A stretch of 64,000 nucleotides of DNA. It comes from a virus. This document shows, one piece after another, positions 35,761-45,465 of this stretch. The stretch spans positions 34,059-98,058 of IMG/VR virus record IMGVR_UViG_3300009509_000006; one strand, written 5' to 3'. Each line of letters starts with the position of its first letter. The stretch's first letter is position 1. The notes beneath the pieces are model-generated. The model saw only the letters and a list, made by a program, of their open reading frames with translations. It was not told the origin of the DNA and ran no database searches. A program made the translations under genes and the position numbers.

Positions 35761-37542
35761 TTATTTCGCCTCGGCCCACGAGTAGCCCGAGTTCGCATCC
35801 ACTTCGCAGGGCACGTCAGGGATGAGCGGCGCCATCCCCTCGCGCATTCCGTCTTCCAGGTCGGCCTTCACCGACGAGATCAATTCGGGGTCGTCCCGGC
35901 ACTCACACACGATCTCGTCGTGCACCATGTGGACCATCTTGACGTCGTCGCCGTACTTGCGCATCCGGTGGTAGACACACCAGAGCGCCGCCTTGAGCCC
36001 GTCGGCTCCCGCGCCCTGGATCGGCGTGTTGAAAAACTCGTTCCGTGCGGTGTCCTTGTCGAGGTAGCGCAAGCGTCCCGCAGGCGTGTACGAGCGACCG
36101 GTCGCCTGCCCCTGCGCGAGCACGAGGTCCTGCCAGTACCGAATGAAGGGGTACCCTTCGAAGAACTTGCGCACGAACGTTCGGGCCTCGCGGAAGCTCA
36201 TCGCGACGCCGTAGTTCTTCTGGGCATAGATGACGAGCTTCTTTGCGCCGAGCCCGTATAGCAGCCCGAAGTTAAGCGGCTTCGCCTCCTGCCGCTGGTC
36301 GTCCGTGACCTTCTCATACGCCACACTCGAGACTATGCCGCCGGTCTTGCGATGCGGGTCGAGCCCACTGCGGAAGACCTCGAGCAGCGTCGGGTCCTGC
36401 GTGAGCTGCGCGGCAAGCCGGAGTTCGATCTGACCGTAGTCGGCCAGCACAAGAATCCACCCTGGCAAGGTTCGGAAGCAATCCCGAAAGGCCTTCAGCC
36501 GCGGGATCTGCTGCAGGTTCGGATTCGAGCTCGAGTAGCGCCCTGCGCCCGTGTACGGGTAGAAGCTCGTGTGGATCCGTCCCGTGACCGGATTGATGTG
36601 CTCCAGGTAGTCGGGCCCGAAGCTACTGATACGCTTCGAAGCCTTCTTGTAGTCGATGATCTTCTGCACGATCGGGTGCTCGCCAGCGAGCATCGCGAGC
36701 ACTTCTTCCTTCGTCGAGTCGACATCGATGTCGAGGCGCGCCAGGGACTGCTGGAGCTGCTCTGTGGAATTCAGGTTCCACACCGTGCCCATGTCTCCGA
36801 ACAGGCCGAGCTGCCCCCTCGGATGGGGCAACTCCCGGAGCAAGACGTCCTGGAGCAGCTTGAACTCGGCCTCATTCTTCTTCGCAAGCTTGAGCCACGA
36901 TGCCTTGTCGAGCCGGAATCCGTTCAACTCGATCGAGCTCTCCGGGAGGATCGCCTGAAACTCGAGCAGCGCAATCCGGTTCAGGCCAAGACTGGCGAGC
37001 TTTGGCTTGAGCTCATCGCGCAATGGCATGAGGTGCTGGACGTCTTCAGCAGCGTAGTCGAGCTGCACCTGTGAGAGCTCCTTGCGCGACCAGTCCGACG
37101 CTCCCATCGGGGGAGCGTCGACCGAGATCCCGAGGTCACGGATGCACAGGGACTCCAGGTCGTGGGGCTTGTTGCGCCCGTTGTGGATCAGGTAGCTGGC
37201 GCGCATCGTGTCGAAGACCGGCCACATCAAGGTATCGTAATGCCGCAGCAGCATCTTCTGGTCGAATTTCAGGTTGTGCCCGACGACAACCGGGTGTCCT
37301 TTGCCGACCTTGCATTCCGGGTTGTGCAGCGCGTCTCGAATCGGACCGAGCGTCTTCGTCCGAGCCATGTCGACGACGTTGACGCTCTTGCCCGTGTTGA
37401 TCTGGAACAAGCGGACACCGCCCTTGTGCGGATCCAGGCTCAGAGTCTCGGTGTCCAAGGCGACAACGGGAGCCTGATCGATCTCGTTCGCAATGCGCCC
37501 AAGGTCTTCGGCGTCGGTGACGTATTCGTAGTCTGGTATCAT
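35761..37542 (-). CDS. polA: Family A DNA polymerase with 3'-5' exonuclease
   Basis: Exonuclease motifs DTET, HNLKFD and YAAED; polymerase motifs GRYSSSNPNLQQIP, DYGQIELR, KPLNFGLLYG and VHDE. No 5'-3' exonuclease domain. Confidence 0.97.
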   Translation of the reverse strand: MIPDYEYVTDAEDLGRIANEIDQAPVVALDTETLSLDPHKGGVRLFQINTGKSVNVVDMARTKTLGPIRDALHNPECKVGKGHPVVVGHNLKFDQKMLLRHYDTLMWPVFDTMRASYLIHNGRNKPHDLESLCIRDLGISVDAPPMGASDWSRKELSQVQLDYAAEDVQHLMPLRDELKPKLASLGLNRIALLEFQAILPESSIELNGFRLDKASWLKLAKKNEAEFKLLQDVLLRELPHPRGQLGLFGDMGTVWNLNSTEQLQQSLARLDIDVDSTKEEVLAMLAGEHPIVQKIIDYKKASKRISSFGPDYLEHINPVTGRIHTSFYPYTGAGRYSSSNPNLQQIPRLKAFRDCFRTLPGWILVLADYGQIELRLAAQLTQDPTLLEVFRSGLDPHRKTGGIVSSVAYEKVTDDQRQEAKPLNFGLLYGLGAKKLVIYAQKNYGVAMSFREARTFVRKFFEGYPFIRYWQDLVLAQGQATGRSYTPAGRLRYLDKDTARNEFFNTPIQGAGADGLKAALWCVYHRMRKYGDDVKMVHMVHDEIVCECRDDPELISSVKADLEDGMREGMAPLIPDVPCEVDANSGYSWAEAK

Positions 37543-37559
37543 GGTATGTCCCCTACAGG

Positions 37560-37589
37560 ACTATACCACGTTAGGAGATGTATGGTAAA
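37560..37589 (-). promoter_or_regulatory. Sigma70-like promoter for the polymerase gene (TTTACC-N18-TATAGT)
   Basis: Extended -10 TGgTATAGT; shares GGTATA with the other promoters. Confidence 0.55.
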
Positions 37590-38056
37590 GATCCGGGTGG
37601 CAGCGAAGTGGCACCTGCGGCCTTTCGGAGAAGAGCCCGGTTGTGCTCGCGATCCCAGTAACCGTCCGGGTCGAAGTCCTGCCAGAGCATCTCGATCATC
37701 TGCTCGCGGTCCTGGACAGTATCAATCATCTCGTCGCTCGCCCACGTCATGCGCCATCGGTCAAGCGACATCGGGATGAAGTGCAGCTCCGATCCTTCGG
37801 GGTAGTTCGGGTCGAAAGTCTCTACGACGATCGTACCGTCCTTGCGCTCCTCCCGAATATGTCCGAACACGCCCCGGTACGATTTCCCGGTGTAGTCAGG
37901 CGCCACGGGGATGAGGAACAGAAACTCGGATACGTTGTGACTGGGCTCGGGCCCGTGCGCTTCGAATGCTCCGAGCGCCATGTCCTCCGTGTCCAAGTCG
38001 ACGACGCCCTCTTTGTAGAGGACAGTCCGGTAGATTTCTCGATACTGGAGAGGCAT
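37571..38056 (-). CDS. Acidic 161-aa protein coupled to the giant protein (candidate immunity/partner)
   Basis: Start MPLQYREIY overlaps the giant gene stop as TGATG at 38056. Confidence 0.65.
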   Translation of the reverse strand: MPLQYREIYRTVLYKEGVVDLDTEDMALGAFEAHGPEPSHNVSEFLFLIPVAPDYTGKSYRGVFGHIREERKDGTIVVETFDPNYPEGSELHFIPMSLDRWRMTWASDEMIDTVQDREQMIEMLWQDFDPDGYWDREHNRALLRKAAGATSLPPGSLPYIS

Positions 38057-41000
38057 CACGTCACCAACGGTTTGATGAAGTCCTCGTAGACCTCTTGGGC
38101 TTTGATGTTCGGCTTGTAGACAACGAATTCCTCGATGGGCACTCCGTTGTATTCGGTCAGGCCGCGCTGTGCGCACAGCTGCAAAAGGTTGGTCCTCGCG
38201 GCAGGGGAGCCACAGACGATTCGGGCCAGGCGCTGAATACTGACGCCCTTTCGGAAGCTCCACTCCATCTTATTCTTGTGGGTGACATTCTGGCTCTCAG
38301 CCAGTTTGTCCACGGAATCCCGCGTGTCGAAGGAACTGCCTTCGTCACAATGCCCGAACGAGTCACAGGGGTATCCGTAGAGGTCGAGCCGGTCGGCCAC
38401 ATCGGGCGTGAACACCTGCGCATACGCCGAAGGCTGCCACGTGCCACTGAACAATTCCTTGCCCGGAGCGGTCCCAGCCTGGGCAAAAGGCGTGAGCAGA
38501 ATACCATCTGCCGAACCGGAGTCGATGTCCGATTGCGGACTGATCCCGTAAGTCTCGGTCATTCCCAAGCCCAGTCGCTCATTGATACCGCCGGTTCCCT
38601 GGAGCATTACACCAAGCGGGCCGAGCGGATTGCCGGACACCGAGGTGAAAAATCGCAGGTTGCCGCCGGCGAGCTTCTTCCACCGGCCCTCTTGCACGTG
38701 CGTGACGTGCTCGTCCGTCTTGACGACCTTGATGTCGTCGATGTCTTTTTGAGAGTAGCCGAGCTCGGCGAGCCGTGCCTTGACCTTGTTGTAGTCGTTC
38801 AGGTCCGCATCGGACATCCGATACTTGTACTGCCCTGCCTTCGGGTGTCCATGCGGATACTTCGTTGGATTCGTCACAGAGTCTGGGTCGATGCACCAGA
38901 GCAGCCGGCGAGCCTTCATCATGCGCTCTTCCTTCTGCGTCGGCGGTCGGAACACCGTGTCCGACAAGCCGGGCTTGACCTTCTCGAGGCATCGGCGGAG
39001 CGCTTGGCCAGGCGTCTCTCCGGGCTTCGGGCGAATCTTTGCGTTCACCATGCCCATCAGGGACCAGCGACTCTTCTTCGTGGACAGGTAGACTTGCGAG
39101 CCCTGATCGCTCCACTTCGGGCCCTCTGTCGCAACCTTGGAAGAACGTCCGCATTCCTTGGCTTGGACGAAGCCGGCCTTCTCCTTGTACGTCCCAGTGT
39201 TCTCGTCATAGTCGGCTACAGGCCACTGGAACGACCCGTTCTGGTTGCTCGACAAGCCCTGCCACACCTCTTTCCTCAACTTGAAGTTGAAGTGGTAGTA
39301 GGTGTTTCCGTTCGTGTCGACAATCTTGCGGCACCTGGAAGCCATGCCTTCCACATCACCGCCGTCGCTGTAGAAGCCGTACCCCTTCGGCGTGTAATCG
39401 AGACCCTCGAGGTTCTCGAGGTCGTCGATATTGGCCTCCTGCTCGAGGTCATCCCAGGAAGCAAGAGTTGGGAGCTTGATTCCCTTTCCGGGCTCGGGCT
39501 TCGGGTAGGAACTCCCAGTTGTGACGGACGGTGGAGGAGCCGGCGGAGTGACATTGTAGTCCGGGTTCGGCATCTTGAGCTTGATCTTGCTCGTATCGAT
39601 ATGTCCGACCTCTGTCGCTCCAGGCGTCATGTCCGCGATCTTGACCTTGACCATGTTGTACGCGGACCCAGCGACGGGGCCCTCGTAGGGCACACCCGAG
39701 TCGTCCAGGATCTTCTGGAGATCGCCGAGCGACATACTGCCCGAAGGAACTTTGAGCATGGCCTTTCCAGGAATGTCTCCGGGCTGCGCGAACTGCGCCT
39801 TGATCTCCGTGAACTTGCCACCAGTCTGCGCAAACAGAGCCGAGACGTTCGAGTCGATCGTCATCGGGACTGCAGAGGGCGCCGGGGTCGGCGGGGGTAG
39901 GGGCGGCTCGGCCGTTTCGGGCGCAGCTGTCGATTCCCAGCCACCGGCGAACGTGAACTTGCCCTTCTTTGCAAACGGGTTGCCGAAGTGCCGCTTGTTG
40001 TAGGCCTGCGTGAGAAAGGCCTCCATGTCGGCCTTGAGATTCGCCTTGCGCGTGACACACGCTGACAAGAAAGCGTCGCGCCTCTTCTTGTTCGCCTTGC
40101 CCTGCATCTCAGGAACCGTGTTCGCGTAAGCCATGCACTGCGACTGGTACTCCTTCATGGGGATCGCATCGATGGCGTTGATCCGCGCCTCGAGCTTCTT
40201 CGGGTCGAAGTTGATGTTCCCGTTCGTCCAGGCATCCCAGAAGCTGTTGTAGTAGGGAGGGGCGCCGTTCGCGGCGTTCGGACCCGAGGAGGGGTCGAAC
40301 ATCTTCCAATGGCCGCCCTTCTTCTTCCATCCAAGGTAGTCAGTCAGGGAACTCTTCGTCCCCTTGTAGTCCATGAAGCGCCAGCCTTGCTCCTTGTCGA
40401 TGCCCACGATCTTGCCATTCGAGAGCATCATCAAGTTGCCCGCGTAGCTGTCATGCTGGCTCATCATCCAGTCCATGACATGCTCCTCGGCCACATTGAG
40501 CTGCTGGTCCTCTGTGAGAGAGCTGGGAGACACGCCTCCGAGCGTCTTCGAACCGGACAGCCATGGCTGAAGCGTTCCAGGTTCTCCGTTGGGGAGCGTG
40601 ACGTGCCGAACTGGAATGGCGTCGGGGTCTACCTTTCGAGCCATCACGGAGAATGACTGCTGGGCAGCAGCGGCGAAGGGCTTGTTGGCCATTGCCCCGA
40701 ACTTCTCCTTCGCCGACTTGTACAGGTAGATCTGTCCGTCCGGGCCCTTGTAGAAAGCCTTCGCCCCTGCTCCCGCGAGCGCCCCGGCCGTCTTCCCTTC
40801 GATCTTGTGGCTCGAGGGCAGCTTGGCCAAGTCCTCGAGTTTCGGGACGGTAGCGATCTCTGGGATCGGCTTCTTCTTCTTCGGTGCCGGCGGCGCCTCG
40901 AACTTGAACGGCCCTTCCACACCGGCGGCGTTCTGCACTGTCGTGAAGAACTTCTCGAAGTCAGCCCGGATGTTCTGTTTGCGCTGTAGCGCTTTCTGCA

Positions 41001-44000
41001 GGGCGCCCTCGTACTGCGCTCCGGGGGCGGCCAAGCTCATGTAGGGCTTGATCAGCGCCTCGTAGTCCTCATCCGAAAGAGCCTCGATCTTCTTGATTAC
41101 GGACGCTGCCGCATCGAAATCGAGATCAATGCTGCCGTCCCTGTGCGCCTGGTACAGTGCGGCGTAGACCGGGGGAGTAGCATTCTTCTGTTGCGCTCCA
41201 GACAGTTCGGCATCGATGCTCGTCGGCTCACCGCCCTGCACCATGAACTTGAAGGCCTGCTCCTTGTCGATCCCGACGATGCCGCCAGCCTTCGTGCGCA
41301 GGAAGTTGTCGCCCTTCGTATCATGCGAGCCCACCAGCCAGTCGAGCACGTGCTCTCGCAACAGATCGTTCCGCTGCTTCGAGGTCAGCGCCTTGATCTT
41401 CGACATCGGGACCTGGGTTCCGCCCTTGCCATAGCCAGGAGCGATCGTCCCGTTGTTCTCGATCATCGGTTGGATCGAGCCATAGCCCTGAGACGTCTGC
41501 ATCGCCTTGACGGGCACGTATCCGCCCGCGGGCATAATTGCCGCAGCCACTGCAGATACGACTTGCGCGGCCCGAGCCGCCTGCTTGGCTCCGCCACTCG
41601 CTCCAGGTTTGAACAGGTATATTCCGCCCTCGAGGTCCTCGAAGTAGCTCTTCGGCTTGATTCCCCCAAGCTCGGCCTGCGCCTCGCCAACGAACACGAG
41701 CTGGTTTCCAGACGTCGGCATATCGCTCGCGAGCGGCGGCACCGACCACTTCTTCTTTTTCTTGTTCTTCTCCTTCTCGTACTTTTCCTCCCAGTCCGCA
41801 CCAAGCGCCGCCGTCAGCAGCATCTTCTGGACCGGGGTCAGGCCGTCCGGGCCCATCACGCCCGCTTCCTTGAGTGTATCGACGACCTTCTTGTGAACCT
41901 GCTCCTGAGATAAAAGGCTCGGGTCTAGGGAAGGCGGGGCGGAAACAGCAGCCATGATAGCCGCTTCGTCGATGTCCGGGTCGGGCTTGTGGTACGGAGC
42001 GTACAGGCCCACCGCCTTGTGGGTCTGCTTCTTGAGCGTGTTGAACGTCGACGACTTGGCCAGCGAGTGCGCGGCCTTCAGGAGCTCGTAGGCCTCGTCC
42101 GCGAGCATCCCGAGGTCTTTCTCAACGGCCGACCCCGGGTATTCTTTCTTGATCCACTTGGCCTTCTGGAGCTTGTACGTCCCTGGAGGCCAGGCGTTCA
42201 CCATCTTTGCCAGGGCTTTCATGGCACCGTAGTGCACGGGCCAGATCTTCGGTCCGTACTGACTGCCCGGGAACGACCCTCCCTGCCCGAAGTATGTAAG
42301 TCCCCACGTTTCGCCGGAAGCCTTGAAGCTCTTGACCGCATTGAAAAACTTCTTGAATGCGGCAGAGCCCATTTTATTGACGTCGATCTCAGTCCATGGG
42401 GCCTCTGGCACTGTTGTCTCTGGAGCTTCCGTATCGAAGAAGCCGAGGAACTCGTCGATCTTGCCGTCCGCGAGGTCGCCCATGGCACCGACGAACTCGT
42501 CCTCGGACATCCCGAAGTGCTCGCCCACATCGGTCATATCGGCAGTGATGCCGAGCTCGGTGACAGCGTGAGCGAACTGGAGCGCCTTGTACTTCGCCTT
42601 CCAATCGTTTCCGGCGAGCTTGACGACGGCCTTCCCGAACGGCGTCTCCATGTCCACCGCGCTGATACCACCGATCGAATCGAGAGCGTCGCCGAAGTGC
42701 CCATACTTTGACGGGAACATGCCCAGCACTTCGCTCTTCTTCTTCGTCAGGTTGCCGAGCAGCGCCGCAACATCGGGCTCGGGCTCGAGCTCGGTAGCGA
42801 GCTCTTCGGGCTCTGGCTCAGGTGGCGGCGGAGGCGGAGGCGGGGTCTCGGCGTCCACGGGGGCAGCAGTCCCGATGCCATGGTTGAAATACGTGTAGAA
42901 CTGCTTCAGCGCCTCTTCCTTCGCTTCCCCTGGCGCTGCCGTCTTGACCTTGTTGGCGTGGAAGAATGCCAGCACGGTTCCTTGGTAGCTATTGAATCCG
43001 AACGCCTCCTTCAACTTGTTCAGAGTCGGCTCGCTATCCTCTGCGCTACCCTCCGGGTCAATATTGTGCAGGGCATAGGCGGCGAACTGGAGCGCCTTGG
43101 CCTTCTTCTTCCAGTCCGTCCCATGCTTTTCCTTGAACGTGCTCTGTGCTCCGGGGGACAACGTGTCGAGCCCGGCCTCGTAGACCGAATTCGCGAGCAC
43201 GCCGAGCGCCTTCGGGTGTGGCGGGAATCCGTTCAGGGCCTCGGCAGTCTGATTCGACGACATGGTGGGGAAGGCCGGCGCGGGCGGCACCGGGTCCTCA
43301 ACGGGCTCGGACACGAAGTCGAAGTCTTCCCACTCCTCCTCGGGCTCCGGCTCCGGGGGCGCAAGACCAGTCGCCTGGTGGTAGGCATCGTACATATCGT
43401 CGAGGGCATCCGCCTTCATGCCCTCGGGCTCGCCACCAAGGGTGCCCGCGATCGCCGCGAACTTCACGAAGTCGACCTCGTCGACACCCCCCATGCCCGC
43501 AGCATTCTGTGCCTTCACCCAGTTCTCACCAGAATCGTCGGGGAGCCCCGGCCCGCCCATGTTGTGGATGACCACGGCAGCCGCCGCCATAGCGTCCGCT
43601 TTCGTCATCCAGTCCGGGCCAATCGAGTTCGCGAGTGCGGTAGCAACAGGCGCCGGGAGATTCTCCGGGCCGCCGTTCGTCACGACAGCCACGCCGAGAC
43701 TCTTGTCCGGCTCGGGGTATCCCGCGAGAGCTGCCTTCGCCTGGTTTGCCGAGATCCCGTAGGGGGCCACGGGCTGATCGAACGGGTCGGGTTCGGGCTC
43801 CGGCTCGGGCTCCGGCTCGGGCTCCGGGGGCGGCGGCGCGGGAGTGGGCTCAGGCTCGGGCTCCGGCTCGGGCGGGGCGGGCTCTGGTTCTGGCTCGGGC
43901 TCTGGGGGAGACGGGGGTGGCGGGGGCTCCGGCGCCACGAGGGCAGCCGGAGTCGCCTTGGCGTACTGGTCCGCCCAGTCGTCGCCATAGTGCGCTTTCA

Positions 44001-44427
44001 TAGTGCCCGCGATCTTGTCGTCGCCCTGGAGCTCACCGAGATTCATGCCCTCGAGCTCCATGATCTTCTTCATGATCTCGATCGTGGGCATCTTGCCGGC
44101 CTTCTTCATCGCAGCCAGCTGCTTGCCGATCGTGCCTGGGTGGTCCTTCTGGATCTCGACGTCTGCCGGGATGTCCGTGACGTCCTTGTGTCCCGACTTG
44201 AGCGTGCCGATCACCTTCGCCGCCGCTGCGCTTCCCTCCGGCGGATCCATCAGCATCGGGAAGACCGTCTGAATCTTCCAGTGGGGAAACATGTTCGGCT
44301 GCGGCTTCTTCGGATCCTTCTTCTGCGGCGTCCACGTGTACACGAGGAGCGGCGTCATCTTGTAGAACGAGGCTTCGCACAGCGCGCTCAGCGGGACGAG
44401 AGAACCGTGCTTCTTCGGGCCAGGCAT
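38056..44427 (-). CDS. Giant (~2123 aa) multidomain protein: Pro/Glu linkers, two HipA/PI3K-like kinase domains, possible ART-like C-terminus
   Basis: GGAGGT ribosome-binding site before ATG 44427. Kinase 1: YLFK...EHVLDWLVGSHDTKGDNF...GIDKEQ. Kinase 2: YLYK...EHVMDWMMSQHDSYAGNL...GIDKEQ. Confidence 0.8.
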   Translation of the reverse strand: MPGPKKHGSLVPLSALCEASFYKMTPLLVYTWTPQKKDPKKPQPNMFPHWKIQTVFPMLMDPPEGSAAAAKVIGTLKSGHKDVTDIPADVEIQKDHPGTIGKQLAAMKKAGKMPTIEIMKKIMELEGMNLGELQGDDKIAGTMKAHYGDDWADQYAKATPAALVAPEPPPPPSPPEPEPEPEPAPPEPEPEPEPTPAPPPPEPEPEPEPEPEPDPFDQPVAPYGISANQAKAALAGYPEPDKSLGVAVVTNGGPENLPAPVATALANSIGPDWMTKADAMAAAAVVIHNMGGPGLPDDSGENWVKAQNAAGMGGVDEVDFVKFAAIAGTLGGEPEGMKADALDDMYDAYHQATGLAPPEPEPEEEWEDFDFVSEPVEDPVPPAPAFPTMSSNQTAEALNGFPPHPKALGVLANSVYEAGLDTLSPGAQSTFKEKHGTDWKKKAKALQFAAYALHNIDPEGSAEDSEPTLNKLKEAFGFNSYQGTVLAFFHANKVKTAAPGEAKEEALKQFYTYFNHGIGTAAPVDAETPPPPPPPPEPEPEELATELEPEPDVAALLGNLTKKKSEVLGMFPSKYGHFGDALDSIGGISAVDMETPFGKAVVKLAGNDWKAKYKALQFAHAVTELGITADMTDVGEHFGMSEDEFVGAMGDLADGKIDEFLGFFDTEAPETTVPEAPWTEIDVNKMGSAAFKKFFNAVKSFKASGETWGLTYFGQGGSFPGSQYGPKIWPVHYGAMKALAKMVNAWPPGTYKLQKAKWIKKEYPGSAVEKDLGMLADEAYELLKAAHSLAKSSTFNTLKKQTHKAVGLYAPYHKPDPDIDEAAIMAAVSAPPSLDPSLLSQEQVHKKVVDTLKEAGVMGPDGLTPVQKMLLTAALGADWEEKYEKEKNKKKKKWSVPPLASDMPTSGNQLVFVGEAQAELGGIKPKSYFEDLEGGIYLFKPGASGGAKQAARAAQVVSAVAAAIMPAGGYVPVKAMQTSQGYGSIQPMIENNGTIAPGYGKGGTQVPMSKIKALTSKQRNDLLREHVLDWLVGSHDTKGDNFLRTKAGGIVGIDKEQAFKFMVQGGEPTSIDAELSGAQQKNATPPVYAALYQAHRDGSIDLDFDAAASVIKKIEALSDEDYEALIKPYMSLAAPGAQYEGALQKALQRKQNIRADFEKFFTTVQNAAGVEGPFKFEAPPAPKKKKPIPEIATVPKLEDLAKLPSSHKIEGKTAGALAGAGAKAFYKGPDGQIYLYKSAKEKFGAMANKPFAAAAQQSFSVMARKVDPDAIPVRHVTLPNGEPGTLQPWLSGSKTLGGVSPSSLTEDQQLNVAEEHVMDWMMSQHDSYAGNLMMLSNGKIVGIDKEQGWRFMDYKGTKSSLTDYLGWKKKGGHWKMFDPSSGPNAANGAPPYYNSFWDAWTNGNINFDPKKLEARINAIDAIPMKEYQSQCMAYANTVPEMQGKANKKRRDAFLSACVTRKANLKADMEAFLTQAYNKRHFGNPFAKKGKFTFAGGWESTAAPETAEPPLPPPTPAPSAVPMTIDSNVSALFAQTGGKFTEIKAQFAQPGDIPGKAMLKVPSGSMSLGDLQKILDDSGVPYEGPVAGSAYNMVKVKIADMTPGATEVGHIDTSKIKLKMPNPDYNVTPPAPPPSVTTGSSYPKPEPGKGIKLPTLASWDDLEQEANIDDLENLEGLDYTPKGYGFYSDGGDVEGMASRCRKIVDTNGNTYYHFNFKLRKEVWQGLSSNQNGSFQWPVADYDENTGTYKEKAGFVQAKECGRSSKVATEGPKWSDQGSQVYLSTKKSRWSLMGMVNAKIRPKPGETPGQALRRCLEKVKPGLSDTVFRPPTQKEERMMKARRLLWCIDPDSVTNPTKYPHGHPKAGQYKYRMSDADLNDYNKVKARLAELGYSQKDIDDIKVVKTDEHVTHVQEGRWKKLAGGNLRFFTSVSGNPLGPLGVMLQGTGGINERLGLGMTETYGISPQSDIDSGSADGILLTPFAQAGTAPGKELFSGTWQPSAYAQVFTPDVADRLDLYGYPCDSFGHCDEGSSFDTRDSVDKLAESQNVTHKNKMEWSFRKGVSIQRLARIVCGSPAARTNLLQLCAQRGLTEYNGVPIEEFVVYKPNIKAQEVYEDFIKPLVT

Positions 44428-44520
44428 GGACACCTCCGACGCTTGCAATCCTCGTAGAGAATGGCGTTTCCACGGGATCCGTGTCAACCTCTACCCCGGT
44501 CCTTAGAGAAGGAGACGAAG

Positions 44521-45465
44521 ATGGACAGAATCCTTGTTGTGGGCGGCGCTGGCTACATCGGCGGCGCCGTCACCGATCTGCTGCTCGCAAACCATCTCGA
44601 GTTTCGGGTGCTCGACACCCTCCTCTACGAGGAGGTCTATCGCAAACCGGTAGCGTTCTACAATGTCGACGTCCGGGATCACGCGGCGCTCCTGCAGCAT
44701 CTGCCCTGGGCAGACATCGTGATCTGGCTCGCCGCCTTGGTAGGTGACGGCGCCTGTGCCATTCATCCGGGTATCACGAAGGCAATCAACCAGGATTCCG
44801 TGCAGTTCCTTGCGGACAACTTCGATGGCCGGATCGTATTCCCGTCTACCGCCAGCGTGTACGGTGTCCAGGACGACTTCGTAGACGAGAGCTCGCCGAC
44901 GAACCCCCTGTCGGTCTACGCCGAGACCAAGCTCGAGTGCGAGCGAATACTCGCCCGGAAAGACGCACTGATTCTGCGACTCGGGACGCTGTTCGGACTC
45001 GGGGACCTGTTCTCACGTATTCGCCTGGACCTCGTCGTCAACACAATGAGTGTGAAAGCGCAACTGCATGGGGCGCTCCAGGTGTTCGGGGGCCGGCAAT
45101 ACAGACCTGTCCTCCATGTCCGAGACGCCGCCCTCGCCATGTTTGCCTGTATGAACACCGGGTACTCTGGTGTGTTCGATCTGGTGCACGAGAACGTTCG
45201 GATCGGAGAGCTCGGACGGCGGATCGCGAAAGCAATCCCGGGAACGCGAGTCGAAGTCATCCCATGGGACAAAGCCGATACGCGCTCCTACCGGGTTCGT
45301 GGCGAGAAGGCCAAGGCGTTGCCTTTCAATTCCAGTCTGGGCATCGAGGTTGGTATCCAGGAGCTATCGGGCTTGGTGAGCTATGGGAGACTGCCGGACC
45401 CAGACAACCCGCGCTTCACGAACCAGCGCTACCTCTCGGCGTTCAACGACCGTTTGCAGCGGTGA
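44521..45465 (+). CDS. NAD-dependent sugar-nucleotide epimerase/dehydratase (extended SDR)
   Basis: GGAGYIG, STASVYG and YAETK motifs; AAGGAG ribosome-binding site. The only convincing plus-strand gene. Confidence 0.93.
   Translation: MDRILVVGGAGYIGGAVTDLLLANHLEFRVLDTLLYEEVYRKPVAFYNVDVRDHAALLQHLPWADIVIWLAALVGDGACAIHPGITKAINQDSVQFLADNFDGRIVFPSTASVYGVQDDFVDESSPTNPLSVYAETKLECERILARKDALILRLGTLFGLGDLFSRIRLDLVVNTMSVKAQLHGALQVFGGRQYRPVLHVRDAALAMFACMNTGYSGVFDLVHENVRIGELGRRIAKAIPGTRVEVIPWDKADTRSYRVRGEKAKALPFNSSLGIEVGIQELSGLVSYGRLPDPDNPRFTNQRYLSAFNDRLQR

Noticed and set aside
32974-37542. Inteins or introns in terminase or polymerase (DnaB also checked)
   Set aside because: Lengths are normal, motifs are continuous, and no splicing motifs were seen.
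43780-43935. GGCTCG/GGCTCC DNA repeats
   Set aside because: They simply encode a Pro-Glu linker in the giant protein.
44428-44487. ORF-track TTG starts at 44487 and 56676
   Set aside because: Both TTGs are the first bases of TTGACA boxes; downstream ATGs at 44427 and 56628 have better ribosome-binding sites.
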